This document shows positions 12,501-22,657 of a stretch of 28,225 nucleotides of DNA, piece after piece. The first letter of the stretch is position 1, and every line of letters starts with the position of its first letter. The DNA comes from Moniliella sp. 'wahieum' (Eukaryota): positions 744,001-772,225 of the forward strand of contig RSEE01000022.1 in the NCBI GenBank assembly GCA_003971905.1. Direction: 5' to 3'. Both the position numbers and the translations under genes were made by a program. Below the pieces are notes generated by a model. The model was not told the DNA's origin and did not search any database. It was given only the letters and a program-made list of their open reading frames with translations.

Positions 12501-12976
12501 GGCTTGTCCGAGCCTGGTACAGGCACGGGACAGGCACGGGGACAGGCACGAATACCGGCCTGGCCATCGGCGTAGCAGGTACAGCACCGGCATTGGCCAA
12601 GGGGGAAGGATGGGATCGGAGCCTTCATACTCTTGCGTTGCATCCGAGTCGGACCCCCTCGTCGGTCCGTCCGCGCTCGGGGACGAGACAGCGGACGAGA
12701 CAGCGGACGAGACGGGGAACGGGACGGGGAACGGGACGGGGGAGGAGACGGGGGACGAGACGGGGAACGCAGCAGCCCAGGGTGTGCGGCGCGGACCAAG
12801 CGGGTGGTCCGGGTCGGAAAACTCGGGGACGGTAGCGTCCGAGTCGGAAAGTTGGGCGGCAAGGTCCTCGGTCCGTAGATCGGGGGGTACAGTAGGGAGG
12901 GATGGAGTGAAAGCTGGGACGGGTGAGGGCGAGGGGACCGTTTACGCTTGCCCAGCGTCGTGGCTGGATCGTGCAT
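9545..12976 (-). CDS. ATP-dependent DNA ligase, minimal bacterial-like type (adenylation + OB domain), with SWIM-like Zn finger and long disordered N-terminus
   Basis: Spliced reconstruction gives LMLAK...GDWWMSEK|LDGFRAYWDG (motif I KxDGxR), LPTDLALDGELWGGR (III), YMVFD (IIIa), EGAMLR (IV), LYKVK (V), then OB fold (EATVVGY..GALTC..FNVGSG..PPIGAIVKYR..GKPRHPVYLG). Introns at 10557-10815 and 10304-10469 (GTACGT...CTGAC...CAG). CTCP-x15-CRH finger at ~11349-11412. Single-base frameshifts at ~10480, ~10195 and ~9915, plus a frame change near 11100. Confidence 0.9.
10705..10781. repeat. Compound microsatellite (ACACG)n-(AAACG)n-(GAGACC/GAGAAG)n inside a ligase intron
   Basis: Direct reading of 10705-10781, within intron 10557-10815. 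Confidence 0.85.
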
Positions 12977-13059
12977 TGCGCCCGGGCGGTGGGAGGCCAG
13001 AGGTGTGTCCGCCCAAGCGGCGGTTGATGGGTGGTGGTGGTTAAGTGGGTGGATGGGGG

Positions 13060-13106
13060 GGATGGATGGATGATGGAATGGATGGATGGATGGATGGATG
13101 GATGGA
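13060..13106. repeat. (GGAT)n tetranucleotide microsatellite upstream of the ligase ATG
   Basis: ggatggatgga tgatggaatggatggatggatggatggatggatgga. Confidence 0.85.
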
Positions 13107-14973
13107 GGAGGAGGCCGTGGATGAAGGAGGATGTGAGAGGGAGAAAAGATGAATGCATCAGCCTGCCTGCCTGTCTACTTGGCCAGTGGAGGATGATCGA
13201 TGAAATCACGTGTCGCATGGGCGAGGGGGATTCTACAAATTACGTCATCACGACCTACGCCACGGCGACGGCTGCCAAGACTCGGCATTACGCATTTGCC
13301 ACCCGTGTCACTATCACCCCGACAACGTCACCCATCGTAAACGAGGAAGTGCTATCGGATGATATTGTTTGTCCCTTCGCAGCCTCCGTTTGCATCTGTT
13401 GGGGTGGTAGTGTTAGGCCTCCCTGCACCCCTCAGTGAATCGGTGACGCTCTTGCTTAGCCGGTCGAAAGAGTTCCGAAAGAGTTCCGCTCGCAGGGCGC
13501 GCGCGCCCTGCTCGCTCCATCTCCCTTCTCTCTCTCCTGCCTTCTTTCCTTCAGATGCTTGTAGACTTGTGGTCACCCCTTTGCCTTCACTCCTGCAATG
13601 TCTGAAGGCTGCTTTGGCAGCTCATTCATAGGATCTTGAGTGCTCCCAAGTCGACTCTATAGCAGCTTTCGTCTGCTTCGCTCTGTCACATCTACGTATA
13701 CGCAGCCTTGCCACGCGTGCAGCCGCCTCGGCTTCACGCCCAAAGGCTTCTCCTCCTCGCTCGGATAGCCCAGGCTCGAAACTACCGTGAGCCGTCTTTC
13801 ACGTAAGGGACTGTACCCCACCAACCTGAGTGAGACCCTGGCAGGGCCCGCCTGCGACAGGGTCGTCGTAATTCACATGGATCGAGCCCGCCACCTCTGG
13901 ACCATCGATCATCCTTACTCCATCCTTCCCCAATCCACTTTGTCCTCCCCTCTCTTCTTGTCCTCCCCCCTCTTCTTGTCTTCCTTCCCCCCACCTTATT
14001 TTTGTCGCAAAGACCCCAATTGCTTTCCACATCTCCTCCTTGCTCCACCGCTCCGCGGCAGTCTTGTAGCCAGGTCGACGGCCGTGGGGGCACAAACGTG
14101 GGAGTGGATTGAAGGGGCACCGTGTGCCAGTGTGGTCGTTGGTGCCGCAATGGGGGCATTGGCGGTGAGTACGGGTAGCGGCATTTTAAGTGGGTGGAGG
14201 GACGCGTCGACGCGACTCTGCCATATGCCCGATAGTCGGCGCAGCCAGCCCCGTCACGTGCAGGTGGGGAGCAGTAGGGTTGCAACTTTTTGGTGGGTCC
14301 TGCCATATGGTAATAGAAGATTAGTCGCTCGTCGCTCGGCACGTGTTATCTAGGCCAGTGTCCCACAGGAGACATGCTCGAGACGCCACCTGTCGGTCGT
14401 GGACGCCAAAGTTGGCATGTAGACTCTGCGCAGATCCCACCCCGTCCCGACTTGGACTTGCGCGCGAGCGCCCTTACATGTTACACCGATGGCATGCGCA
14501 TAGTCCCTGCTCCCCTCGGCACGGATGTGGGCACGGACCATCACCCACCGTATTATACGTGGGACTTGACCTGCACTGCCCTTCAGATCCTTCAGACTGC
14601 CTATGTGGTGTCGCCCCATCTCCGCCAGACCGACTCGCCGCGGAGCGCACAGACAACAGCGCACGGAGCCCCGGAGCAAGTGGCGTTGGGAACCCCAGGC
14701 GCGTTTCGGCTGCGGCCCCCTCTCCCACGCGTCGTTCCTCTCCTCTGGCCCAGCTGGAATTACGCGTTACGCGTTACGTCAACGCAACCCTAGCCATCCT
14801 TGGCCTCTTCCCTCGGCAACTGAGCCTCCGCAGCCCTCGCAGGTAAAACCCGCACCCTGCGCCGCAGCCTTTCCGACCCCGCCCCCGCCCCCGCCCCCGC
14901 CCTCGCCAACCCCCTCGCCCCCCCTCGACGCCCACCGCTCTGCCCAGCCGGGCACGACAGGACCTTTTGTCCG

Positions 14974-16757
14974 ATGGCCAGCACGTCCTCCGCCTTGTTC
15001 GGCGAGCTCGACGCGCCGAGCAAGGACGAGTCCCGCAACCAGCTTCTCCCCCCTTCCTTTCGCCCCAGCGCGCCCTCGTCCGGTCTACGTTGGGGCTGGG
15101 CTACCACCGCCGTCTGAGCGAGGGCGAGGGTGTGCGTGTTGCTTCCCCTTCCCACCGGGGCAAACGGCGCGCAATCTATCTGCTGCTGGCGCTGCTGGCC
15201 TTCCTTATCTGTCTCGGTGTGGGGTTAGGCGTGGGCCTTGGGTGGGTCTACGGGACCGGAACCGGAACCGGGACGGGTCTGTAGTGGCCCGTTTCAGCTC
15301 CCCCCCTCCCCCGCAAGCCACGTTCCTTCGCTGGGCGCCCTGCCCCGGTCAGACGCGTGCGACGGTACCGCTGATGCATTCGGACCGGTGGGCCGACCCG
15401 GCAGCGGCGCTGCGAGCAATGCTACTCTCGGCGTGGTGATTCACATGGGATTGGACGCAACTTTCAAGGAGCGTTTGCTGGGATTGCGCCCATGCTCAAT
15501 CTGAGTTCTACCGTGCTGGTCGCACCCAACTTTTACTTGCCTAGCGATGTGCCGCGGCGGAACGGCCAGCGGCACACGTACTCCAACTGGTACAATGTCT
15601 CGGAGACGTTGGCATGGAACAACTTTACCGATTGGGTTGGTGGGGCCGATGCGGTTGCGCCCACGCCTTCCCAAGCTTCGTCCGAGATGGTCGCAACGGG
15701 CAAACAGTGTAGTACGTATGACGTGCACGATGGCCTGGTTTCCCTCTTGGCCAACACGACGCTCTATCCCAACCTGCGCCACATTATTGTTGCTGGGCAC
15801 TCGGGTGGCGGAGCCTTGGTCGCACGTTACGCCCTCTTCTGCCAATCCACCTGTCGCACCCGCCGGTCACCCTAATGTGACGGTGCGCTATGTACATGCC
15901 AACAGTCCCAGCTTCCCCTACTTTAGCGCCGCCCGTCCCAACCGGACCAGTGACCTGGCCTGCCCGCATCAAAATCAGTGGATGTACGGGTTGGCCATGC
16001 CAAACCGGTACGCTGCCCAGCGTCTGGCGCTTCCGGTACGCGAGTTGTTTCAGTGCGTATGCTCTTGTGGATCTGTGCTGGCGAGCCCCACTGAGTACCG
16101 AGGACCGAGTATTGAGGATTGAGTGCTGAGTACTGACGCACCACTCGCATTCGCACAGACAATACATTGAGCGGGACGTGGTGCAGCTGCAAGGAAACCA
16201 AGATACGCGCGCACAATTCCCCATTGGGGATTACACGTGCGAGGTAGAAGCGCAAGGTGGGGACGATAGGAGGGATCGCAACTACGCCTGGTGACGTACA
16301 AGAACCTTCTCGCCGGATCACCAAGCAACGTGACCACACTCCCCTTTTACTCTAACCTACGGATCGATGTGCCGCCCAGCGCAGCGTTCGACGATGCCGT
16401 CCTGCCCAGCACGACCACGTCACCGTCGACCCTAAGCTCGGGGTCGGGATCGGGGTCGGGATCGGGATCCTCCGCGGCCGCATGTTCAACGGCTACCTCG
16501 TTTCAGCTGCCACTCAAAGCCAAGACCGTGCCAGCGGGGTGCGTCCTTTCCGCCACCGCTTCTGTCTGGTGGATGGAGTGGGCCATGTGGCGCCGTTGAT
16601 GTGGAAATCGAGTTGTGGCCAAGCAGCGTTTGACCCATTCGAGGGTGTGCCGACGACGTGGGACGTTGATTCCCCCGTGGTTGGCCCGCGTTCCATCCGC
16701 CGCCGCTATCCTCTTCTTCCCGCTCTGCCGCTGCCGGAGGCACGGCTGGCGGGTAGT
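14974..16757 (+). CDS. Type II membrane-anchored alpha/beta-hydrolase (GHSGG nucleophile), frameshifted; ends approximate
   Basis: ATG at 14974. TM segment KRRAIYLLLALLAFLICLGVGLGVGLG, then VLVAPNFY, LYPNLRHIIVAGHSGGGALVARYA (Ser at 15801-15803), VRYVHANSPSFPYF and NQWMYGL. Intron 16053-16158 (GTGCGT...TACTGAC...CAG) joins to QYIERDVVQLQGNQDT..CEVEAQG..RRDRN. C-terminal CLVDGVGH carries the putative catalytic His. Confidence 0.75.
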
Positions 16758-16800
16758 TCCATTCCCATTCCATTCCCATTCCCATTCCCATTCCATTCCG
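16757..16800. repeat. (CCATT/CCCATT)n microsatellite
   Basis: ttccattcccattccattcccattcccattcccattccattcc. Confidence 0.8.
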
Positions 16801-17035
16801 TTCTATCCCGTACCAGCACGCATCTCGTCCTGACCTGTTCTTTCCTCCTCGCGCGCATCTGTTTTCTTTGGGCTTCCTCGCCTCGGCATCGCGCCATCGT
16901 GCCATCGTGTCGTCCCACCTCGTTCTTACCCTTTTGGACCGCAGCCTCTGGGCCACCAGCGGCCTTGACCGACCTGTACTCGGTTGGTTCACTGGCACTT
17001 TGTTCTGTTCCACGAGATATCACGTGTCCATGTCA

Positions 17036-17168
17036 TCAATCTCCAATCCTCAATCTCCAATCCTCAATCCTCAATCCTCGATCCTCAATCTTCGATCCGG
17101 ATCCCCACCATTATATGGATTCTTCCTGAACATGATATTGAACGTCGAACGTCGAACGTCGAACTTGA
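17036..17168. repeat. Two heptamer tandem arrays: (TCCTCAA/TCTCCAA)n at ~17036-17097 and (GAACGTC)n at ~17140-17168
   Basis: Direct reading; located in the convergent 3' region between the hydrolase and HOL1 genes. Confidence 0.8.
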
Positions 17169-17899
17169 ACGGTGAACCTGTTTACTCCTCATTTGTTTGT
17201 ATTTTCTCCCTCTCGCCCTCCTGCTGTCCTGTCAATCTCCAGTCCGTTTTGCTCCTGTTGGCACCTTTTTGCACCTGCTTGCGCTTGCTTTCTCTTCTTT
17301 TCTCTTGTCTTCTCTTGTGTCCTCTTGCTTTGCACGTTACGCGTTCACGCGCCACGGTGATCCCCACCTAGGTTTCCTCTGCTTCCTGCCACTTTCCGAG
17401 TGTAGTCTGTGCCTAGACTAGGTGTTTCCTACTACCTACTATCACAGTATTGTCCAGTCCTTGAGCGGTAGCACGCGGTATAACAGGAGCGGGAAGATCC
17501 GGGGGGCATGGGGAGCACAAAACCTGATGTTAGTCGGTGGTTCTTCGGTACATGGTACGTGGTACGTGGCGCGTGGTACATGGTACGTGGGGTACCTCAT
17601 GGATGCCCTCAATTATGGGAGAAAATGGTATGGACATTCCTGGCACCGTATAATAAACGAAAGGAAGGCTTAAGCGAGCCCAGTACCGTTTCAAGAGGAC
17701 AGAAGAGTGATCGGGACATGCAAGTAAACCGCTCGGACTGTAAAACGGTGCGGGTGGGAAAACGCGGTGGCAAGTCCCTTTCTCCATCCTCGCTCGACTC
17801 GTTGGGGTAAAAGAGGAACCGAGACAGAGGCAGAGACGGAACGGAGACGGAGACAGTGAGGGAGTCCAATGAGGAGACGGAGGTGGGGGGGACAAGGAG

Positions 17900-19902
17900 T
17901 CAAACCTCGGCGCGTGCCCTGACCATGTCGAAGTAAGTTTTCTTGGTGAGTCGGCGGAAGGCCTTGCCCCAGATCATCATGGGGATACAGAGCAGGATAA
18001 AAAGAGGTCCAGCACGGCACATGCGATCATCGTGTTCTCCACACCGACGCATCGATCCATGGACCTGGACAGAGGAAATAACATCGTGGGTTAGTCATCT
18101 GAGATAGGACCATGGTGCATGGTGCATGGTGCATGGCGCTTGGCCCCAGATCGCACAAGCGACAGTGCAACAGCAGGGACATAGGACACTAGGAAAGCGC
18201 GACGTACCAACAGCAAATGTGAATCCGCAAGCCATGCCGTTGTTGATCAATGCAATGCATGCCATACCTACGCGACAGGTTGCGTCCCGGTCAGTCAGTC
18301 AGTACCACACATCTCTCACTTGGGGAGGAACGTAGAACGTAGAAGGTAGAACGTAGAAGGTTCAAGTTGAACAAGACGAAGCCGACGTACCTTCCATCAC
18401 ACAGTCCGGGTAAGCCTCAGCGACGTACGTCATGGACAAGTCGCCGCAGCAACCGAATCCGAATCCAATGAATCCGAGGGCGACATAGGGTGCGCCCCAG
18501 GACCAACCTCTTGCGGTCCCGATACCAAACGAGCAGCCGACAAAATAATGAACGCGGTGGGGATCATGAACCAGAGACGGTCTTCAGCTTCGCGGTGGCC
18601 CTGGCGGCGCCGCGCGAGCCAAATGACAAATTTGTCATTGAGGTACCCGCCATAGATGCAGCCCAGCACGCGCCAATCAGACACGGCACATTCATGATCC
18701 CGTCGGCGGCGTCGCCGTAGTTCCACGGTTCGTCGGTCTTATCTTCCTCGAGGGTGAGGTAGAAGGAGAGCCACGCGTCCTGCGCGCCCCATTGCAGGCC
18801 ACTAATAGGATGGCGGGGAAAATGAGCATGCGACAAGTCAAGCCGAACCGTTTGCAGTACTGCACAAAACCGGTTCCTTTGAGGTTGTGGCAAACGTGAT
18901 GGCTGAATGGATTGCCAGTACGTTTTTCTCGGTTCGTGTGCTCGGGAGCCAGAGTGGGGCGCCAACGCACCCGATTCCACCAGCCTCGGAGATACCATGT
19001 CCCCCTTGGTATGTTTCTCCTTCCAGACTGGATTTGGAGCCGGTCTCGTGCTCCAGATGGGCGAGGCGGCCGTGTCCGACACCAGAGCTCGCGCTCGAAC
19101 ATTGTCTCCTCCATGCCAAACAAGAGAACAAGAATGGTGCCACCGGAAATGATGGTGGCCCACCATCCGATCCGCGCCAGCCAAACGTGTTACTTCGGCA
19201 ATGAAGCTAGCGATCAAAGGTCCAATGTAGGTGCCCACCGAGGTGGCCAGCACATACCACCAGCCCAACGCCGAGCCACGCTGGTGGTCAAACGACACAT
19301 CGGTCAAGGACAATTGCACGTTGGCCTCGGCGCATGACTCACTCGCACCAACACAGTTGGTTTCCAAATCGAGTCGCTGGCGTCTCGGTCTTGGCGTACC
19401 AGATCGCCCCTGCCAAGCCCGAAAACATCGAGAGCAGGTACACGCACTTGCGTCCATACAGCCATGGCACGGGAGCCGTGAAGAAGGTGGCCAGGCCAAT
19501 GGCGGCAAACAAGACGCCTTAGTAGGATATCCGAAACGGGTCAGCAGGCCTGCCGAGGGGGAGGAGGAGGGAGGAGGGAGGGGCGGGAGGGGCACATCAG
19601 GATATAAAAGAAGAGAGCGCATACGCATATGGCACGCGACACGTACCAGCTGCGGTGTTGGCGTAGTTATACGAGATGCCTAGCTGGCTCTCCATGCCGG
19701 TCTGGCCCGAGCCGGCATCGTTGGACGTGGCAGCGGTGAGGCCGGCAATGTAGCAGCACAGGAGACCGTTCCAGAAGCGGCGGGTCCAGTGCCAGGTGAG
19801 CGGGTCGTTGGGGGAGTCGGTGGGGATGGGGAGGAGGATGAGGTGGCCGTCGTCGAGCAGATCCCACGTGCCGGGAAGCTCCTCCGTGTGCGACGAGGTC
19901 AT
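17900..19902 (-). CDS. HOL1: MFS transporter, HOL1-like (DHA1-related polyamine/histidinol uptake), frameshifted
   Basis: LILLPIPTDSPNDPLTW, AGLTAATSNDAG, YGRK, ESCAEANVQLSLTDVSFDHQRG, YVLATSVGTYIGPLIA, FGMEETMF, GLQWGAQDAWLSFYLTLEED, IMNVPCLIG, EAEDRLWF and IWGKAFRRLT match the HOL1 subfamily. Introns at 19518-19646, 18268-18390 and 18065-18207 (all GTACGT...AG). Stop TGA at 17900-17902. Confidence 0.88.
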
Positions 19903-20175
19903 GCGAGCGGCCAAGAGGGGGCAGAGGCACAGGCGTGCGGAGGCGAAGAGGCAGGAGCAGGTGGAGGGAGGGAGGGGGGAGGGAAGGCGGGGGGAAGGGA
20001 TGGGTGCGAAGGGGCAGGGTTAGGGGAAGACGGGAAGACGGGACGGAGACAAGGGCGGATGGCGGCGAGGTTGCGTTGAAAAGCAAGCCACAGCAGTGTT
20101 TGTGCCCTGGCTGACAGACTGCCTGGGCGGCTTGCCTCTTCTGCGAGCTCTCCTTGAGGGGCAAACGACGGGGGA

Positions 20176-20248
20176 GCAGGGGCAGGGCAGGGCCAGGGCC
20201 AGGGACCGGACCGCGCAGGACAGGGCAGGGCAGGGCAGGACAGGGCAG
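20176..20248. repeat. (GGGCA/GGACA)n pentamer repeat upstream of HOL1
   Basis: gcaggggcagggcagggccagggccaggg...caggacagggcagggcagggcaggacagggcag. Confidence 0.75.
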
Positions 20249-21207
20249 ACTGGGGACCTAGTATTCGGCGCTTGGCTCTGCGTTGGCCTTGCTTCGCCAA
20301 GCCCCGCCTGGCACGGCGGCAGTGTGCACACGCCGATAAGGTACAGACGCACCCGTCTCAATTTTTTTCCGCCTTACCCTTCGGCGCGTCAGCGCTCAGA
20401 GCGCTCAGAGTACCCGCTGAAACTTGCAAGCGGGAGGCTTGGTTCGCGGATCATCGATTGGCGGACATCGTCACCGATCCGCCACTTTGTCCTTGCACTG
20501 CCCCTGTGCCCGTCGCCCACCCCCTCTCCCCGGGCACGCATCCGCGCGTACCGCTCCGGCTGAGCCCAGTGGCCACTCGAACCAATAACCGCCCCCACAC
20601 TTGAGCTTGACTAGTTGACTCCACTCCAACGCCAACTCCGACCCCGCTGCATCCACGCACAACCCAATCACATGAATCACATCTTGGATCTTGGATCTTG
20701 CCCCCCTCTGCTCGGTGCCTCGCACGCTCGTCCCCAAACGTTTCTTGCCGCTCGCAGCGCCATTGCACGCGCCACCTCCCATCTCCCAGTTCTGGGCACA
20801 GCGTTCGGCTCTGCGATTGGATCGATCTCATCGATTATCGATCATCTCCGACGCATGTAGATCGCATTCTCTGTTCGTGCACAGTGCCAGTACTATCACC
20901 GCCCCACAATCCTATACGGCAGGCCTTAGTACGAAGTGATCGTTTGCCATTCTCCGTCCCTTCTCCTTCGACCCTCGGGCATCAATGCATCACGTAGGCT
21001 TGGAAGAACAGGCCACGGGGAGCGGCTGTCACATGTCACCCAGGCGTCAGGCCTCCAGCGTCGGCCACAAAACGGCATGCCATCGACTGTGTGCCCCGCC
21101 CCGCCTCTCTCTCTCGAATCGTCGGAGATATAGGCCAATCGGAACATGCTCATCAGTAGCGTCCTTGCCATCCGCCCGAGCGCGAGCATCGCGCTATATG
21201 CGCCCAC

Positions 21208-21257
21208 AGCGCCTGAGCGCCTGAGGGCTTGAGCGCCTGAGGGCTTGAGCGCCTGAG
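21208..21257. repeat. 16-bp minisatellite GAGCGCCTGAGGGCTT x ~2.7
   Basis: Units at 21215-21230 and 21231-21246, partial unit at 21247-21257, plus a flanking agcgcct. Confidence 0.8.
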
Positions 21258-22137
21258 CCCCACACCTTACTCCATACGCAGTTTGAGTACGCATCCATCA
21301 TGGCATCCCCCCAGCTGATCCAATGCCACTGGACGACCTGAGGGAGGAGCGACATGCTCCTTGTTCGTTGGTCGGTTACCCGCCCATCATGTACAACAGA
21401 GAGCAGAGAAGCCGCTGCTGGCGGTGTCTAAACTCGCATCTCGGCGCCTAACGCGGCTGATAAAGCCTAAGGCCCAAGGCCTACCTATGCGCTAAGCGCT
21501 CAGAAAGCAGACGTTTCTCTAACGCCTCTCAAAGCCTGGTCGGGCACTGCGGGGGAGATGCGGGGAAGTGTTCTGCGACGGAGGATGGTGGATGGATGTC
21601 ACATGTCAGGGTTACGCGGTTACGCGTTACGCGTTGCGCGTTACGGGCCAACGTGCAGCCCGAGCACAGCAGAGCGATCGGGTGGCCGAAGCTCGTCCCG
21701 CCCGTCCGCTGTTGCCCCCGAGCGGCTACTACCAGTGCCCTACCAGCCACCGCACCACGCATCACGCATCCTGCATCATGCATCACATGTCACACATGTC
21801 ACGTGAGCGTGCCGAGTGTCCCATGTCCCATAGCATGCCACATGCCACGTGGGACGCGGCAACCCTAGACCCCAGCATGCGGCGGCTGCGGCACCCCCCA
21901 GCGGCACTCCAGTGCTGGTGTGCGCAGTGCACGCACACTGCCCTCGCGCTACCTTGTCCAACCCTACTTGCCCCCTGCTTCGTCTTGCCTTGCCCGACGG
22001 TAAGCACGCGGGTTGGCCGGATCGGGTTGGGTTTGCCTCACCACATCTCGCGCGCCTGAGAGTCTCTTTGACTAAGGTCCATTGGACGGATTATCAGCAC
22101 GCACCTCACCACTTGATTTTTCTACGTTTCCATCACC

Positions 22138-22657
22138 ATGAAGCACGTCGCCGCTTACCTTCTTCTTGTCTCGGGTGGCAACACCGCCCCGTCCGCTAAG
22201 GACGTCACTGCCCTCCTCGCCACTGTCGGCATTGAGCCCGACACGGAGCGCCTCGACAAGGTCGTTGCTGAATTGGCTGGCAAGGACGTTTCGGAGGTAC
22301 GTTTTTCCTTTCCTTTTATTTTCTTTTCTCTTTCTCGCCGCCTTTGTCCTCCAACTCCCATGTGGACCGTTTCTGTCATATGGGCCGGCTAGGACATGGG
22401 TTTACCTGTACAAGTTATCGGGCCTAGCCCCACCCTGCACACACTTGACAAACTAACCCTACCCTATTTGACCGTTCGCAGCTGATTGCCGCTGGCGCTG
22501 AGAAGCTCGCTTCCGTGCCTGCTGGTGGTGCTGTGGCTGCGGCCCCGGCGGCCGGTGGCGCCGCTGCGGCCACCGACGCTCCTGCTGCCGAGGAGAAGAA
22601 GAGGAGAAGGAAGAAGAAGAGTCGGACGATGACATGGGCTTTGGTCTGTTTGACTAA
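22138..22657 (+). CDS. RPP2: 60S acidic ribosomal protein P2
   Basis: Exon 1 22138-22296 (MKHVAAYLLLVSGGNTAPSAKDV...LAGKDVSE). Intron 22297-22481 (GTACGT...ACTAAC...CAG). Exon 2 reads LIAAGAEKLASVPAGG... and ends ESDDDMGFGLFD* (TAA 22655-22657), which needs one extra G near 22601. Confidence 0.97.

Noticed and set aside
12397..13438. Long + strand ORFs (12397-13044, 13031-13438) and similar antisense ORFs over other genes
   Set aside because: These are shadow frames of GC-rich genes or translations of microsatellites, with no domain signal.
14374..14793. 139-aa ATG-initiated + strand ORF upstream of the hydrolase
   Set aside because: No recognisable motifs or splice support; compatible with a chance ORF in GC-rich promoter DNA.
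19903..20450. Polyamine-sensing uORF ending Pro-Ser-stop, as known for S. cerevisiae HOL1
   Set aside because: I found no minus-strand ATG between 19903 and ~20450 and no PS* ending (nearest is ...VFP* at 20020). Not supported, although indel errors could mask it.
21208..21257. CRISPR-like repeat
   Set aside because: Head-to-tail 16-bp units without spacers, in eukaryotic DNA with no cas genes.
21861..21968. AACCCTA telobox/Homol-E-like elements upstream of RPP2
   Set aside because: Only 7-nt partial matches (21861, 21960), too weak to call without comparative data.
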